From IMG/VR virus record IMGVR_UViG_3300034069_000436, positions 1 through 41,085 of that record: DNA of 41,085 bases. One strand, written 5' to 3'. The position numbers and the translations under genes are program-made. Below, piece by piece: positions 23,374-31,293 of this stretch; the first letter of the stretch is position 1, and every line of letters starts with the position of its first letter. This DNA comes from a virus. The notes below the pieces were generated by a model. It was not told the DNA's origin, ran no database searches, and was given only the letters and a program-made list of their open reading frames with translations.

Positions 23374-23396
23374 ACCGGCGGCGCGTAAGCCGCCGG
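23374..23396 (-). terminator. Intrinsic terminator at the end of the late/lysis operon, shared with convergent gene 23021..23362
   Basis: CCGGCGGC-gcgtaa-GCCGCCGG: 8-bp GC stem directly after the minus-strand stop at 23397. On the minus strand it is followed by UUAUAAUGUUAAUUA. Confidence 0.7.
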
Positions 23397-23669
23397 CTAC
23401 TTCGCCACCGCCACCTCATTCGGCACGCGCGGGTCATTAGCGATGTTGGCAAGCTGCGTCGCGCGGTGGCGGGTCTTTAACTGGCCCCACACAATGATGG
23501 CACCACCGCCGACCATGCCGAGCATCGTTGCGGTGTCGCCTTCGATCCAATGGCGGCCTAGCGCAAAAGCAATGATAGCCGTGGTCATCTGCCGTACACC
23601 GGACCAAAGCTGATCTGGCAATGGTGATGCGCTGACCTCAATCTGTGGCGTCTCGTTGTCGTCGCTCAT
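23397..23669 (-). CDS. Membrane protein of the lysis cassette
   Basis: Track ORF 23397..23897 trimmed to MSDDNETPQ (ATGA overlap with the endolysin stop). Two hydrophobic segments: MTTAIIAFALG and MLGMVGGGAIIVWG. Confidence 0.55.
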   Translation of the reverse strand: MSDDNETPQIEVSASPLPDQLWSGVRQMTTAIIAFALGRHWIEGDTATMLGMVGGGAIIVWGQLKTRHRATQLANIANDPRVPNEVAVAK

Positions 23670-24118
23670 GGCCGCTTCCCTGTCTCGATCGCCGTAATTA
23701 CCCGCGAAGCGCGAGCCGGTGTTTGTTGCTTCGCCCACTTGGATTGGCGCAGGTTGGCAGCCGCGCCGCGCCAGTCCCCCTTGGCGATACACGCAAAGGC
23801 GTTGGCGAAAACCTCGTCCGATCCGGCGCCTAGCTGGAACTGCATGTTGAGGATGGCGGCCAGCCTCACAGCGTCGCCACGCACGGCGGAATACCACGGC
23901 TCCTTCTGAACACCCGTCAGCAGCAGCTTGAGCCGGTTAGCGTCGATGAACGACATTTCCTCGGGCAGCAGACGCCCGCCTTTGCGACGATCAATCATGA
24001 TGCCTCGGCCGATGGTCCAATAGCCCAGCGAGTCCTGATAGGCGTAGGGGATCGTTCCCTCATCGCGGTCTAGGTCGGTGTCGGCGTAGGCTAGGGCCTG
24101 TTGTTCGGTGGGGGTCAT
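23666..24118 (-). CDS. Endolysin, T4-lysozyme-like (GH24) muramidase
   Basis: Track ORF 23666..24277 trimmed to MTPTEQQALAY at 24118. Motif: DRDEGTIPYAYQDSLGYWTIGRGIMID. Confidence 0.8.
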   Translation of the reverse strand: MTPTEQQALAYADTDLDRDEGTIPYAYQDSLGYWTIGRGIMIDRRKGGRLLPEEMSFIDANRLKLLLTGVQKEPWYSAVRGDAVRLAAILNMQFQLGAGSDEVFANAFACIAKGDWRGAAANLRQSKWAKQQTPARASRVITAIETGKRP

Positions 24119-24606
24119 GCAGGGCCTCCTACAGGTGGAATAGCGGCCAGCCGGCTCAATGCCCGCGCGTATGGGTCGCCATCGCCCAGAACAGCCGCCG
24201 CCATGGCGATCAGCTCGCGCCCTTGCGAAAGGGCGGCGTTGGTCGGGTCTTTCGACTCCAAAGCGTTGGCGAAGCACGCGCTGGCGTTGGCAACATAGGT
24301 CATGGCGTTGCCCAAGTTATTAACCTGTTTTTCGAGCGCCGTCATCCTGTCGGCCATAGCCTTAGCTTCGTCCGCGATCGCCTTTTTTTCCGCACCAGCT
24401 AGATCAGCGTCTTGCTTCTTGCCGACTTGCCACGCTGTTATCCAGGCAGGACCAAAGCGCACGACGACGCCTGTCAGGATGAAAAGTTGTAAGACAATGC
24501 CGGCCCACACGCCGATTGCTGTCGGGCTCCAACCGGTTTGCGCGTTGACAGTCGGGACAATCGCCCCGATCGTCTTAGCGGCCGAGACGGCGAGACCAGG
24601 AGCCAC
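24115..24606 (-). CDS. Membrane / coiled-coil protein of the lysis cassette (holin or spanin candidate)
   Basis: 163 aa, GTG start. TM segment WAGIVLQLFILTGVVV, followed by a helical K/E/A-rich segment. Confidence 0.5.
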   Translation of the reverse strand: MAPGLAVSAAKTIGAIVPTVNAQTGWSPTAIGVWAGIVLQLFILTGVVVRFGPAWITAWQVGKKQDADLAGAEKKAIADEAKAMADRMTALEKQVNNLGNAMTYVANASACFANALESKDPTNAALSQGRELIAMAAAVLGDGDPYARALSRLAAIPPVGGPA

Positions 24607-24856
24607 AGAAGATCATCAAAGCGGCGCCAAAGCCCGCGAAAATGTAGCAGATGGCCAGCGCGTCATCGGACTCGGGGAGGTATTGGGTCACGCCAGTAAA
24701 CGTCAGCCGGTTGACGGCAAGAAGCCACGTCGCAGCCATCACAGGCTCATACGACCGCAAATCCGGCGCGACCTTCATCGTCCGGTATGTGGGCTTCAGG
24801 AAATTGACCACGATGACCAGCCAAAGGATTCCGGTAATGGCCCGTTCAACGATCAC
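24575..24856 (-). CDS. Membrane protein (holin candidate)
   Basis: 93 aa, with 2-3 hydrophobic segments (ITGILWLVIVVNFL, ICYIFAGFGAALMIFCG). Confidence 0.5.
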   Translation of the reverse strand: MIVERAITGILWLVIVVNFLKPTYRTMKVAPDLRSYEPVMAATWLLAVNRLTFTGVTQYLPESDDALAICYIFAGFGAALMIFCGSWSRRLGR

Positions 24857-25320
24857 GGCTTTTCCTCCGTCGCCAAAGCGGACGCAAGGCCAGCACCCAG
24901 ATTGAATCGGCCGCCAGAAGCGCTAAGCCTACGCCCAACAATTCCATGGATCACCCACCCTCCGCAGAGAGCAACCTGTACCCACGCTAGGCAGGACAGA
25001 GCCCAGTAGCTGTAATATGTAGGCCCTGCACTCTTATCGGACAAACCGTAAGCGGCGTGGCAGATTAGTTGAACGCTATACACACCCATAATGGCGGATT
25101 GCCAATGCGAACGCCTGATCGTGTAGATCGCGAGCGCGGCGAGATAATCAGCGACGATGTAGAACAACCAAGGGTAAGGATCGTGCGTGATCCATGCCAC
25201 TGCCGAGCAAACGACCCAGTTGAGCAGCAGGATGGCCGACGTTCCCGCCCGCGCAAGACAGCGCATCAGCACGCTGACCGTGCATAGCGCCAGCAGCGCA
25301 GACAGGAACGCCTCCATCAT
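24853..25320 (-). CDS. Polytopic membrane protein
   Basis: 155 aa, with at least four hydrophobic segments. Confidence 0.55.
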   Translation of the reverse strand: MMEAFLSALLALCTVSVLMRCLARAGTSAILLLNWVVCSAVAWITHDPYPWLFYIVADYLAALAIYTIRRSHWQSAIMGVYSVQLICHAAYGLSDKSAGPTYYSYWALSCLAWVQVALCGGWVIHGIVGRRLSASGGRFNLGAGLASALATEEKP

Positions 25321-25323
25321 GGC

Positions 25324-25524
25324 TTAGCCGTGCGTCGGCGGGTTCTTGGTCGGCGGGGGAGGCGGCGGGGGCGTGTTGTTGCCACTACCCTCATCGAGCG
25401 TGTGCACGTTGCCGGCGTCAGTCACCGCCTTCTCGCCATGCAGCTTCTCGCCCAGCTTGTGGAACGCCGACTTGCCCTCGCCGTTCTCCAGCAGCGCAAT
25501 CACCTCGCTGAAATCTTCTGCCAT
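25324..25524 (-). CDS. Hypothetical protein with a poly-proline tail
   Basis: 66 aa, ending ...NNTPPPPPPPTKNPPTHG. Confidence 0.5.
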   Translation of the reverse strand: MAEDFSEVIALLENGEGKSAFHKLGEKLHGEKAVTDAGNVHTLDEGSGNNTPPPPPPPTKNPPTHG

Positions 25525-25560
25525 TCGTCACACTCCAGCCGGGAAACCGCCCGGCGCGGA

Positions 25561-26106
25561 TCATTGGCTGCGGAACTCGACAGCCGCAATCTGGTTGTAA
25601 TTGGTGCCGTCCGGATAAATCAGCGGGGGCAAAAAGTCACTGGCCACGCCGATCGGATTCATCGTTGCGCGCTGTGTTGCCGGGGCTGGTTTCTGGCCGC
25701 CGAAGAACGCTACGCCGGCATGATTCTGGTTGCGGGTAAAGCCGCGCGGGTTGACCACGCCGAACGACAAAGCACCTCGGTAGACGGTGAACATGATGTA
25801 CCCTCCGCCTGACACCTTGCCATCGGACAGGTCCGAAGATGAAGACATGCGCTTGGCGTAAACACCGTCATTTGTGGCGTTGTAAGTTGCCACGGTAGTC
25901 CAGTTTGACCCGGGAGGCGGAGGCGCGGCGTTAGACGAGCCCGGTTGCGCCTGCCCAAAAAACAAGACGGTGTCGCCAATTTTAGCGATTGTCGGCACTT
26001 GATAGAACGTACCGTTCGTATCACCGCCGTTGCTCACCGCATAGGCGCCAACGAACGCAACCGTCGCAGGGGATGCCCCGGTGGATGCAAGCAGCGCGCC
26101 GCTCAT
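25561..26106 (-). CDS. Hypothetical tail-associated protein
   Basis: Track ORF 25561..26601 trimmed to MSGALLAS at 26106 (ATGA overlap with the fibre gene). 181 aa. Confidence 0.55.
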   Translation of the reverse strand: MSGALLASTGASPATVAFVGAYAVSNGGDTNGTFYQVPTIAKIGDTVLFFGQAQPGSSNAAPPPPGSNWTTVATYNATNDGVYAKRMSSSSDLSDGKVSGGGYIMFTVYRGALSFGVVNPRGFTRNQNHAGVAFFGGQKPAPATQRATMNPIGVASDFLPPLIYPDGTNYNQIAAVEFRSQ

Positions 26107-26681
26107 CCGACACCCACGCCGTAGATCAGCCAAGTGTCGGTGCCGATTTTCAGCAGCGTGGCAACGCCGTTCTGCGCCAAGGCCCGCGCGCCAGTCGAGT
26201 TGGTGGCGGCAAGCGTCAGTGTAACCCCGCTGGCTGGCGTTATGGCTTGGCTGGCGGTTCCGGTATTCAGGATGATGACGATATCCCCAGCCGCAAACGG
26301 CACCGTCGCGTTGGTGGGCACCGTAATGCCGCCCGTCGTGATCGGGATCGCCATCGCCACATCGGTAAGAGCGATCGTATAGGCTGCCGTGCGCTGCTGG
26401 GTGAACGGCAAGGTGCGATAGCCTAGCAATCGCTCGGCGCCTGCCGTGTCGTAGATGGTGGATGTGTTGCCGAACCGCTTGACCGCTGCGCCGAGGAGAT
26501 CGTTGACAGTCGTAGCGCCAGATCGAACCAGCGTCGGCAGCAGGACCGCCACCTGTGCCATAATCGCGCGGATAGCATTGTTGATGCCGCCTGGGGGGCA
26601 ACCCTCGTCAATGTTGATCCCTGCGACATCGGTATTGTTGTCGCTATTTGTTGACCAGTCACTTACCGTCGCTTTTGCCAT
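26103..26681 (-). CDS. Tail fibre protein
   Basis: 192 aa. The N-terminus TVSDWSTNSDNNTDVAGINIDEGCPPGGINNAIRAIMAQ matches the conserved fibre N-terminal motif I know from alphaproteobacterial phage and GTA fibres. Confidence 0.6.
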   Translation of the reverse strand: MAKATVSDWSTNSDNNTDVAGINIDEGCPPGGINNAIRAIMAQVAVLLPTLVRSGATTVNDLLGAAVKRFGNTSTIYDTAGAERLLGYRTLPFTQQRTAAYTIALTDVAMAIPITTGGITVPTNATVPFAAGDIVIILNTGTASQAITPASGVTLTLAATNSTGARALAQNGVATLLKIGTDTWLIYGVGVG

Positions 26682-26683
26682 GG

Positions 26684-27214
26684 CTACGTCCTAAACCAAG
26701 TCTTGCGCTTTTGAATGTTGCGGATGGTATCTGCGCAAACGCTATACTTATTCGCGAGCGATGGCGCGCTGTTTCCGGCAGCGAGTGCAGCCCTTATTTC
26801 ATCAACGCTTTGCTGTGTAAGTTTCGCGAAAGGCGAGGTTTCACCATGATGAGGATTCGTGCCGTGGGCGTAGGCATCCGCGATGTTCTCCGCACGGGTG
26901 CCCCAACGTAGGTTTTCCGCTCTTGCGTTCCTGCGGTCTCCATCCTTGTGAAGCACCTCGCATCCTTGGGGCTTTTCTCCGTGAAAGGCGGTGCACACTA
27001 AAATGTGGACGGGCATGTTTTTGCGGACAAGGGTTGTGACATTAACAACGGGATAGCCGCGTGTGTATCCCGGCGACAGAAAGGTTCCTTTGCGGCGATA
27101 TCCCGGCAAGCTACGCACTCTGCCGTGAGAACTTACTTCATAGCTACCCTCGGCGCCCACTACCGGACGCCACTCTTCGCTGGTATAATCGGGGGTAGTC
27201 ATAGCGTGCTCCAT
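26684..27214 (-). CDS. Free-standing HNH homing endonuclease (NUMOD4 + HNH_3 + C-terminal HTH)
   Basis: Track ORF 26684..27409 trimmed to MEHAMTTPDY. Motifs: EEWRPVVGAEGSYEVSSHGRVRS, HKDGDRRNARAENLRWGT, SLANKYSVCADTIRNIQKRKTW. It looks lower in GC than the flanks, with a 145-bp non-coding leader at 27215-27359. Confidence 0.8.
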   Translation of the reverse strand: MEHAMTTPDYTSEEWRPVVGAEGSYEVSSHGRVRSLPGYRRKGTFLSPGYTRGYPVVNVTTLVRKNMPVHILVCTAFHGEKPQGCEVLHKDGDRRNARAENLRWGTRAENIADAYAHGTNPHHGETSPFAKLTQQSVDEIRAALAAGNSAPSLANKYSVCADTIRNIQKRKTWFRT

Positions 27215-27359
27215 CACGTTGTGATTAGAGCCGGGCAGCGTTGACCGCGCTGTTCCGGCTCGTTTTCGATATACACTAAAACGGGTCCAAGTGCTACGAT
27301 GCGGCATGACGATGACCGGCATCGCTTTGGGTTGTGCGCTGAAGGGCGTGGTCATGGCT

Positions 27360-30356
27360 TTATTGTCCCGCGACCGGGAGCAGCCCGAGGCCGGCTCCGA
27401 ACATGCCACCGAGGCGGCGACCGGTCGAATTGTCGATATACGCCCGATACGCGTTCTGACGCGCGAGAAGCGCCGTTAGCGCGTTCGACGCTTCCGCCGG
27501 GTTAGTGTTGAATACATATGGCGCGATCTGGTCCGCCTTAGCCACGGCTTTGTTTCCCAGCCCGAGCGCGACACGGTCTTTTAGGCCCAAGCCCGCAATG
27601 CGTGCGGCGGTACCCGGCAACGTAGCCCCGCCAGTCGCCATTGCGGCAGCGCCATGCAAGCCCGCTTCGATCAGCGGATTCGCGGCGAAATCTGCGTCGG
27701 CAATTTGACGCGCCGCCGTCAATGAGTTGCCCAACACCGTGTTGTTCGTGCGGGCAAGCTGGCCCTCTAGATCGCGGGTGCGCAGCAGCGCCGCGTTTCC
27801 CGGATTGTTCGGATACAGGCTCGCAAGCCTCTGTTCAGCGGCCGGCGTTCCCAGAGTGGCGTCGAACGGGTTGCTAGCGTAGCGCGCGCTATTGGCCCGG
27901 TCCATTAACGCGCCGCGATAGCCAAGCTGCATCTGCGAAATGTTGCCCGGTGCCGTGTTCGCCAAGTCAACGCCAAGCTGGTTAGGATTGGCGGTGAACG
28001 CATCCTGCCCTGCCTGCAAGGCGTTGGTCGCCTCCATGGGACCAGCATAGGCGCGCCGCGCCTGCCCGTAGAGCGGATTCGCGTTGTCCAGCGTGGATAG
28101 AAAGCTTTTTCGGGTGTCGTTAATCGCGTTTCCGGCAGTGTTCAGGCGCTGCGTCAGCGGATCGCGGGCGGCGTCGACCGTATCGTCAAGACCCCGCTTT
28201 ACATAGTCGAGCGTCTGCCACGAAGGTACACGGGTCAATGTCGGGTTGCCTTGCGGATCAAGGTCAAAGCCGAGCGTCGTAGGATCACGTCCTTCTTCAG
28301 CCGCAATGTTACGGGCGCGGCCGAGCGCGTTTTGTACCGAAGGCTTGGCAAGGAATGGCTTAATCTGTGGGTATGCCGCGCCCGCCCCAGGTGCCGCGTA
28401 TGCCGCATCATACAGCGGCCTGGCCTGCGTGCGCGCCTGCTTGAGCAAGTCCTCACTCATCTGCGGCACGTTACCGACCGGCCCAAGATTGGTCGTGACA
28501 GACTGCCCTAGCCGATCAATTTGCCCGCGCGCCCGAGCGCCAAACGTATCCTGCGCGATTTGCGCCGCGTCGGGCGATCGGCGTACAACCTGACCGCCAA
28601 GAGTGGCCATCTGCGCGCCGGTATCGGCCAGCGACATAGGCACGCCGAGCCGCTGCGCTTCGGCGAGCTGATCCGTAATGCTGGCTGGGCCGATCTGCTT
28701 AGCGCGGGTGGCCAAGAGGTTTTCGCCAGCGTTAAGAGGTGAAGGGGCGCCGCGCTTGGCGAACATGCCGCCAACCTTGCGCCCGAACATCCCCCCGCCA
28801 ACGCCAGCACCAGCGCCAAGCAGCGCACCGCCCAAACGACTACTGTCGTCGGCCGCGCCAGCGCCAGACACACCGCCGAATAGAGCATCCGCACCCCGCG
28901 CGACCCAAGGCGACGCGGCAGAAATGCCGGCACGCCCTGCCGCTGCACCAACACCGAGTTCGGTCCCAGCCGCCGCCAGTCCCGCACCAGTGATATCACC
29001 GAGCAGTCCCGACGTAGGGTTGGCCGCGCTCGCACCCGCCAGTCCCGCGCGGGCCAACGCGGGGTCGGCTGTCATGTTGTCCAGCGTGTTGCCGGTCAGC
29101 GCGTTGGCGGCGCTCATGGCATAGGTGCCCAGCGGCGAGGTGCCGCCGTTGAGCGAAAACGCGGGCTGAAGCTGCGGCTTCATCGCTGGCGCGACGTTCG
29201 GCCCGAAGCTGCCGTACCCATGGTTGGCACGGCGGTACTTCAGATTGTCCAGCAAGCCCGAGGCGGCGGGGTCGATGCCGGCTCCCTTGGCAAACGCCGT
29301 CACCTCGTCGTCGGGCCGCCCCGATGCGAGCATGGACGAAAGTTGGTCCACGACTTTCTGACGATCGGGATCGGGAGCCATGCCGCCGGGGCCGGAACCG
29401 ATGCCCATACCGGCGGGACCGGGAGGTGGCGTGCCGCCCGGCCCGGAGCTGCCGCCTGCACCTGTATCACCGCCAGTATTCGGCAAACCGCCCTGATGGC
29501 CCTGCACGGCCTGTGCAACCAGCGCGGCGGTGCTTTCCGGCACTGAAAAGCCAGGTTGGTTGGTCAAGCCCTTGTAGGCGCCGTTAATGCCCGCATGGAT
29601 CGCCGCCATGCGGTTAGCCATGTCGGTCTTCATCTGGTCGAACGCCGATTGCTTCTGGTCGACACTGCCGCTGCCGTTGATTGTGCTCATCGCCTCATGG
29701 CGCGCACTATCCGACAGTGTACCGGCGCCGCTTGGGCTGCCGGCAACAACCTTGGCGTATTCGTTGACGAACGTGTTGTAGGCAGCGTCAGCGGCGGAAA
29801 TCGTTGTTCCCCCAAACCGACGCTGCACCCAATCGCTAATGGCGTTTAGCGGCGCAAAACGGGTCTGACCGGGCAATTCACGGCTGCGGTCGAGAAATTG
29901 CTGCCCATTGGTGAGCGCCGTCTGTTCGTTGACGCCGATCGTGCCCGCCATGTTTTCCAAGTTGGCGATTTGCTTCGACCCGGCTTTGTAGTGCGCCACC
30001 TGTGTCGCGAGGTCGGCGCCATTGAGCCCGCGCGCGCCTGCCTGCCGCGCGACTTCGGCCATGACTGCCTGTCGCGCGGCAGCGGCCTGCTTGCCCATGC
30101 CCAGCGCAGGCATCTGGCCTCCAGCAAGCACCTGCTGCGCCATGTAGCTGACCGTCGCGGGGTCAATTGCCGGCTCGTCCTGTTGCGCAGCTTCGCGCGC
30201 CAGCTTGGCGTTTTGCAGTCGCCGCGCCTCTAGTTCCGCTGCAGCTTGTGCGCCCTTGTACCGATACGCCGGGTCGGGGTCGCCAACCGCCACGTACCCC
30301 GCATATGGGTTGGCGCTCGGCACCGCGTATTTCGCGTAAGGATTGTCCTGCGCCAT
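27360..30356 (-). CDS. Large internal virion / DNA-ejection protein (putative)
   Basis: Track ORF 27360..30419 trimmed to MAQDNPYAKYAV at 30356 (TAATG overlap). 998 aa, A/G-rich, with a G/P low-complexity linker. It follows the SLT-domain protein, as in podovirus ejectosome gene sets. Confidence 0.55.
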   Translation of the reverse strand: MAQDNPYAKYAVPSANPYAGYVAVGDPDPAYRYKGAQAAAELEARRLQNAKLAREAAQQDEPAIDPATVSYMAQQVLAGGQMPALGMGKQAAAARQAVMAEVARQAGARGLNGADLATQVAHYKAGSKQIANLENMAGTIGVNEQTALTNGQQFLDRSRELPGQTRFAPLNAISDWVQRRFGGTTISAADAAYNTFVNEYAKVVAGSPSGAGTLSDSARHEAMSTINGSGSVDQKQSAFDQMKTDMANRMAAIHAGINGAYKGLTNQPGFSVPESTAALVAQAVQGHQGGLPNTGGDTGAGGSSGPGGTPPPGPAGMGIGSGPGGMAPDPDRQKVVDQLSSMLASGRPDDEVTAFAKGAGIDPAASGLLDNLKYRRANHGYGSFGPNVAPAMKPQLQPAFSLNGGTSPLGTYAMSAANALTGNTLDNMTADPALARAGLAGASAANPTSGLLGDITGAGLAAAGTELGVGAAAGRAGISAASPWVARGADALFGGVSGAGAADDSSRLGGALLGAGAGVGGGMFGRKVGGMFAKRGAPSPLNAGENLLATRAKQIGPASITDQLAEAQRLGVPMSLADTGAQMATLGGQVVRRSPDAAQIAQDTFGARARGQIDRLGQSVTTNLGPVGNVPQMSEDLLKQARTQARPLYDAAYAAPGAGAAYPQIKPFLAKPSVQNALGRARNIAAEEGRDPTTLGFDLDPQGNPTLTRVPSWQTLDYVKRGLDDTVDAARDPLTQRLNTAGNAINDTRKSFLSTLDNANPLYGQARRAYAGPMEATNALQAGQDAFTANPNQLGVDLANTAPGNISQMQLGYRGALMDRANSARYASNPFDATLGTPAAEQRLASLYPNNPGNAALLRTRDLEGQLARTNNTVLGNSLTAARQIADADFAANPLIEAGLHGAAAMATGGATLPGTAARIAGLGLKDRVALGLGNKAVAKADQIAPYVFNTNPAEASNALTALLARQNAYRAYIDNSTGRRLGGMFGAGLGLLPVAGQ

Positions 30357-30796
30357 TACTGCTGCCCCGACATACGCGCGACCACAGCTTGCGCGTAGGC
30401 ATTGGTTTTTGGCCCCCACAGGCGGCGATCGGGGCCACCATGATAGTAGCGCGCCGCATCATAGTGATTGCCGGTCTTTTCCAAACCTTCCTGGTAGTAG
30501 GCGTTGCCAAGCGCACGCTGATATTGCGCGGCCTCCGGGGTGGTGGCGCGCATAAGGTCGGGCCGCCAATCAACGCCCAGCTTGGCCGCCATGCCTTGCG
30601 CTGTCCCGTCGAGAAGCTGCATATTGCCCTTTGCCTGCCCCCACCGCGTCATTGGCCCGACTGCGCCCGCGTGCCCATTGCTTTCCACATGCGCCACGGC
30701 GTCAGTGGCCTGCTGGATAGAGGGGAAAGCCGCCCGGCCCGGTTGCCGGGGCCGCACCTCCTGTCCCAAGAACGCGTGCGGCTGAGCCGGCACCAA
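30356..30796 (-). CDS. Lytic transglycosylase (SLT-domain) virion protein
   Basis: AHVESNGHAGAVGP...GNMQLLDGTA...YYHGGPD. The start is uncertain: TTG at 30796, GTG at 30757 and GTG at 30697 are all possible. The 5' 95 nt overlap the upstream ORF. Confidence 0.7.
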   Translation of the reverse strand: MVPAQPHAFLGQEVRPRQPGRAAFPSIQQATDAVAHVESNGHAGAVGPMTRWGQAKGNMQLLDGTAQGMAAKLGVDWRPDLMRATTPEAAQYQRALGNAYYQEGLEKTGNHYDAARYYHGGPDRRLWGPKTNAYAQAVVARMSGQQ

Positions 30797-31292
30797 AATG
30801 CTGGTCGAACATGGCCGCTTCGCCGGGGTTGGCCTTCAAACGCGCAACGGCCTCAGGGTCAATGGCCGGAACGCTCGCGCTGGCGCCACCCGGAGCGCGC
30901 ATCATCTGCTGCCCGTTGACGGTAATCATTCCAGGACCCTGCCCGCCACCATTGGCGGCGTAGTTTTGCAGGAAACGGTTACCCGCGCCGCCGCCAAGCG
31001 CTTGATCTAGATAAGCAGCGTTTTTGGCGATAGCCGGTGTGTCAGGCGGCGGCGCGAACAGCACCTTCCCACTCGCCGGATCGATCAGACTGCCACCGAC
31101 ATTGACCGGCGCGGGGTGCGCCGCCTGATACTGCTGCTGCGCAAATGCGAAATTCTGGTTAAGCCGGTCCCGCGTAACTGAATTGCCGGCCCAAATGTCC
31201 CCGATCAGGCCAATCTTGTCGAGCGTCGAAGGCTCCGGCGGTTGAAATCCCGCAATAGAGCCGGCCTTTGCTCCGCTACCGAACATGCCCAT
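30702..31292 (-). CDS. Internal virion protein (putative)
   Basis: Track ORF 30702..31304 trimmed to the ATG at 31292 (TGAtATG after the upstream stop). G/A/P-rich. Confidence 0.5.
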   Translation of the reverse strand: MGMFGSGAKAGSIAGFQPPEPSTLDKIGLIGDIWAGNSVTRDRLNQNFAFAQQQYQAAHPAPVNVGGSLIDPASGKVLFAPPPDTPAIAKNAAYLDQALGGGAGNRFLQNYAANGGGQGPGMITVNGQQMMRAPGGASASVPAIDPEAVARLKANPGEAAMFDQHFGAGSAARVLGTGGAAPATGPGGFPLYPAGH

Positions 31293-31293
31293 A

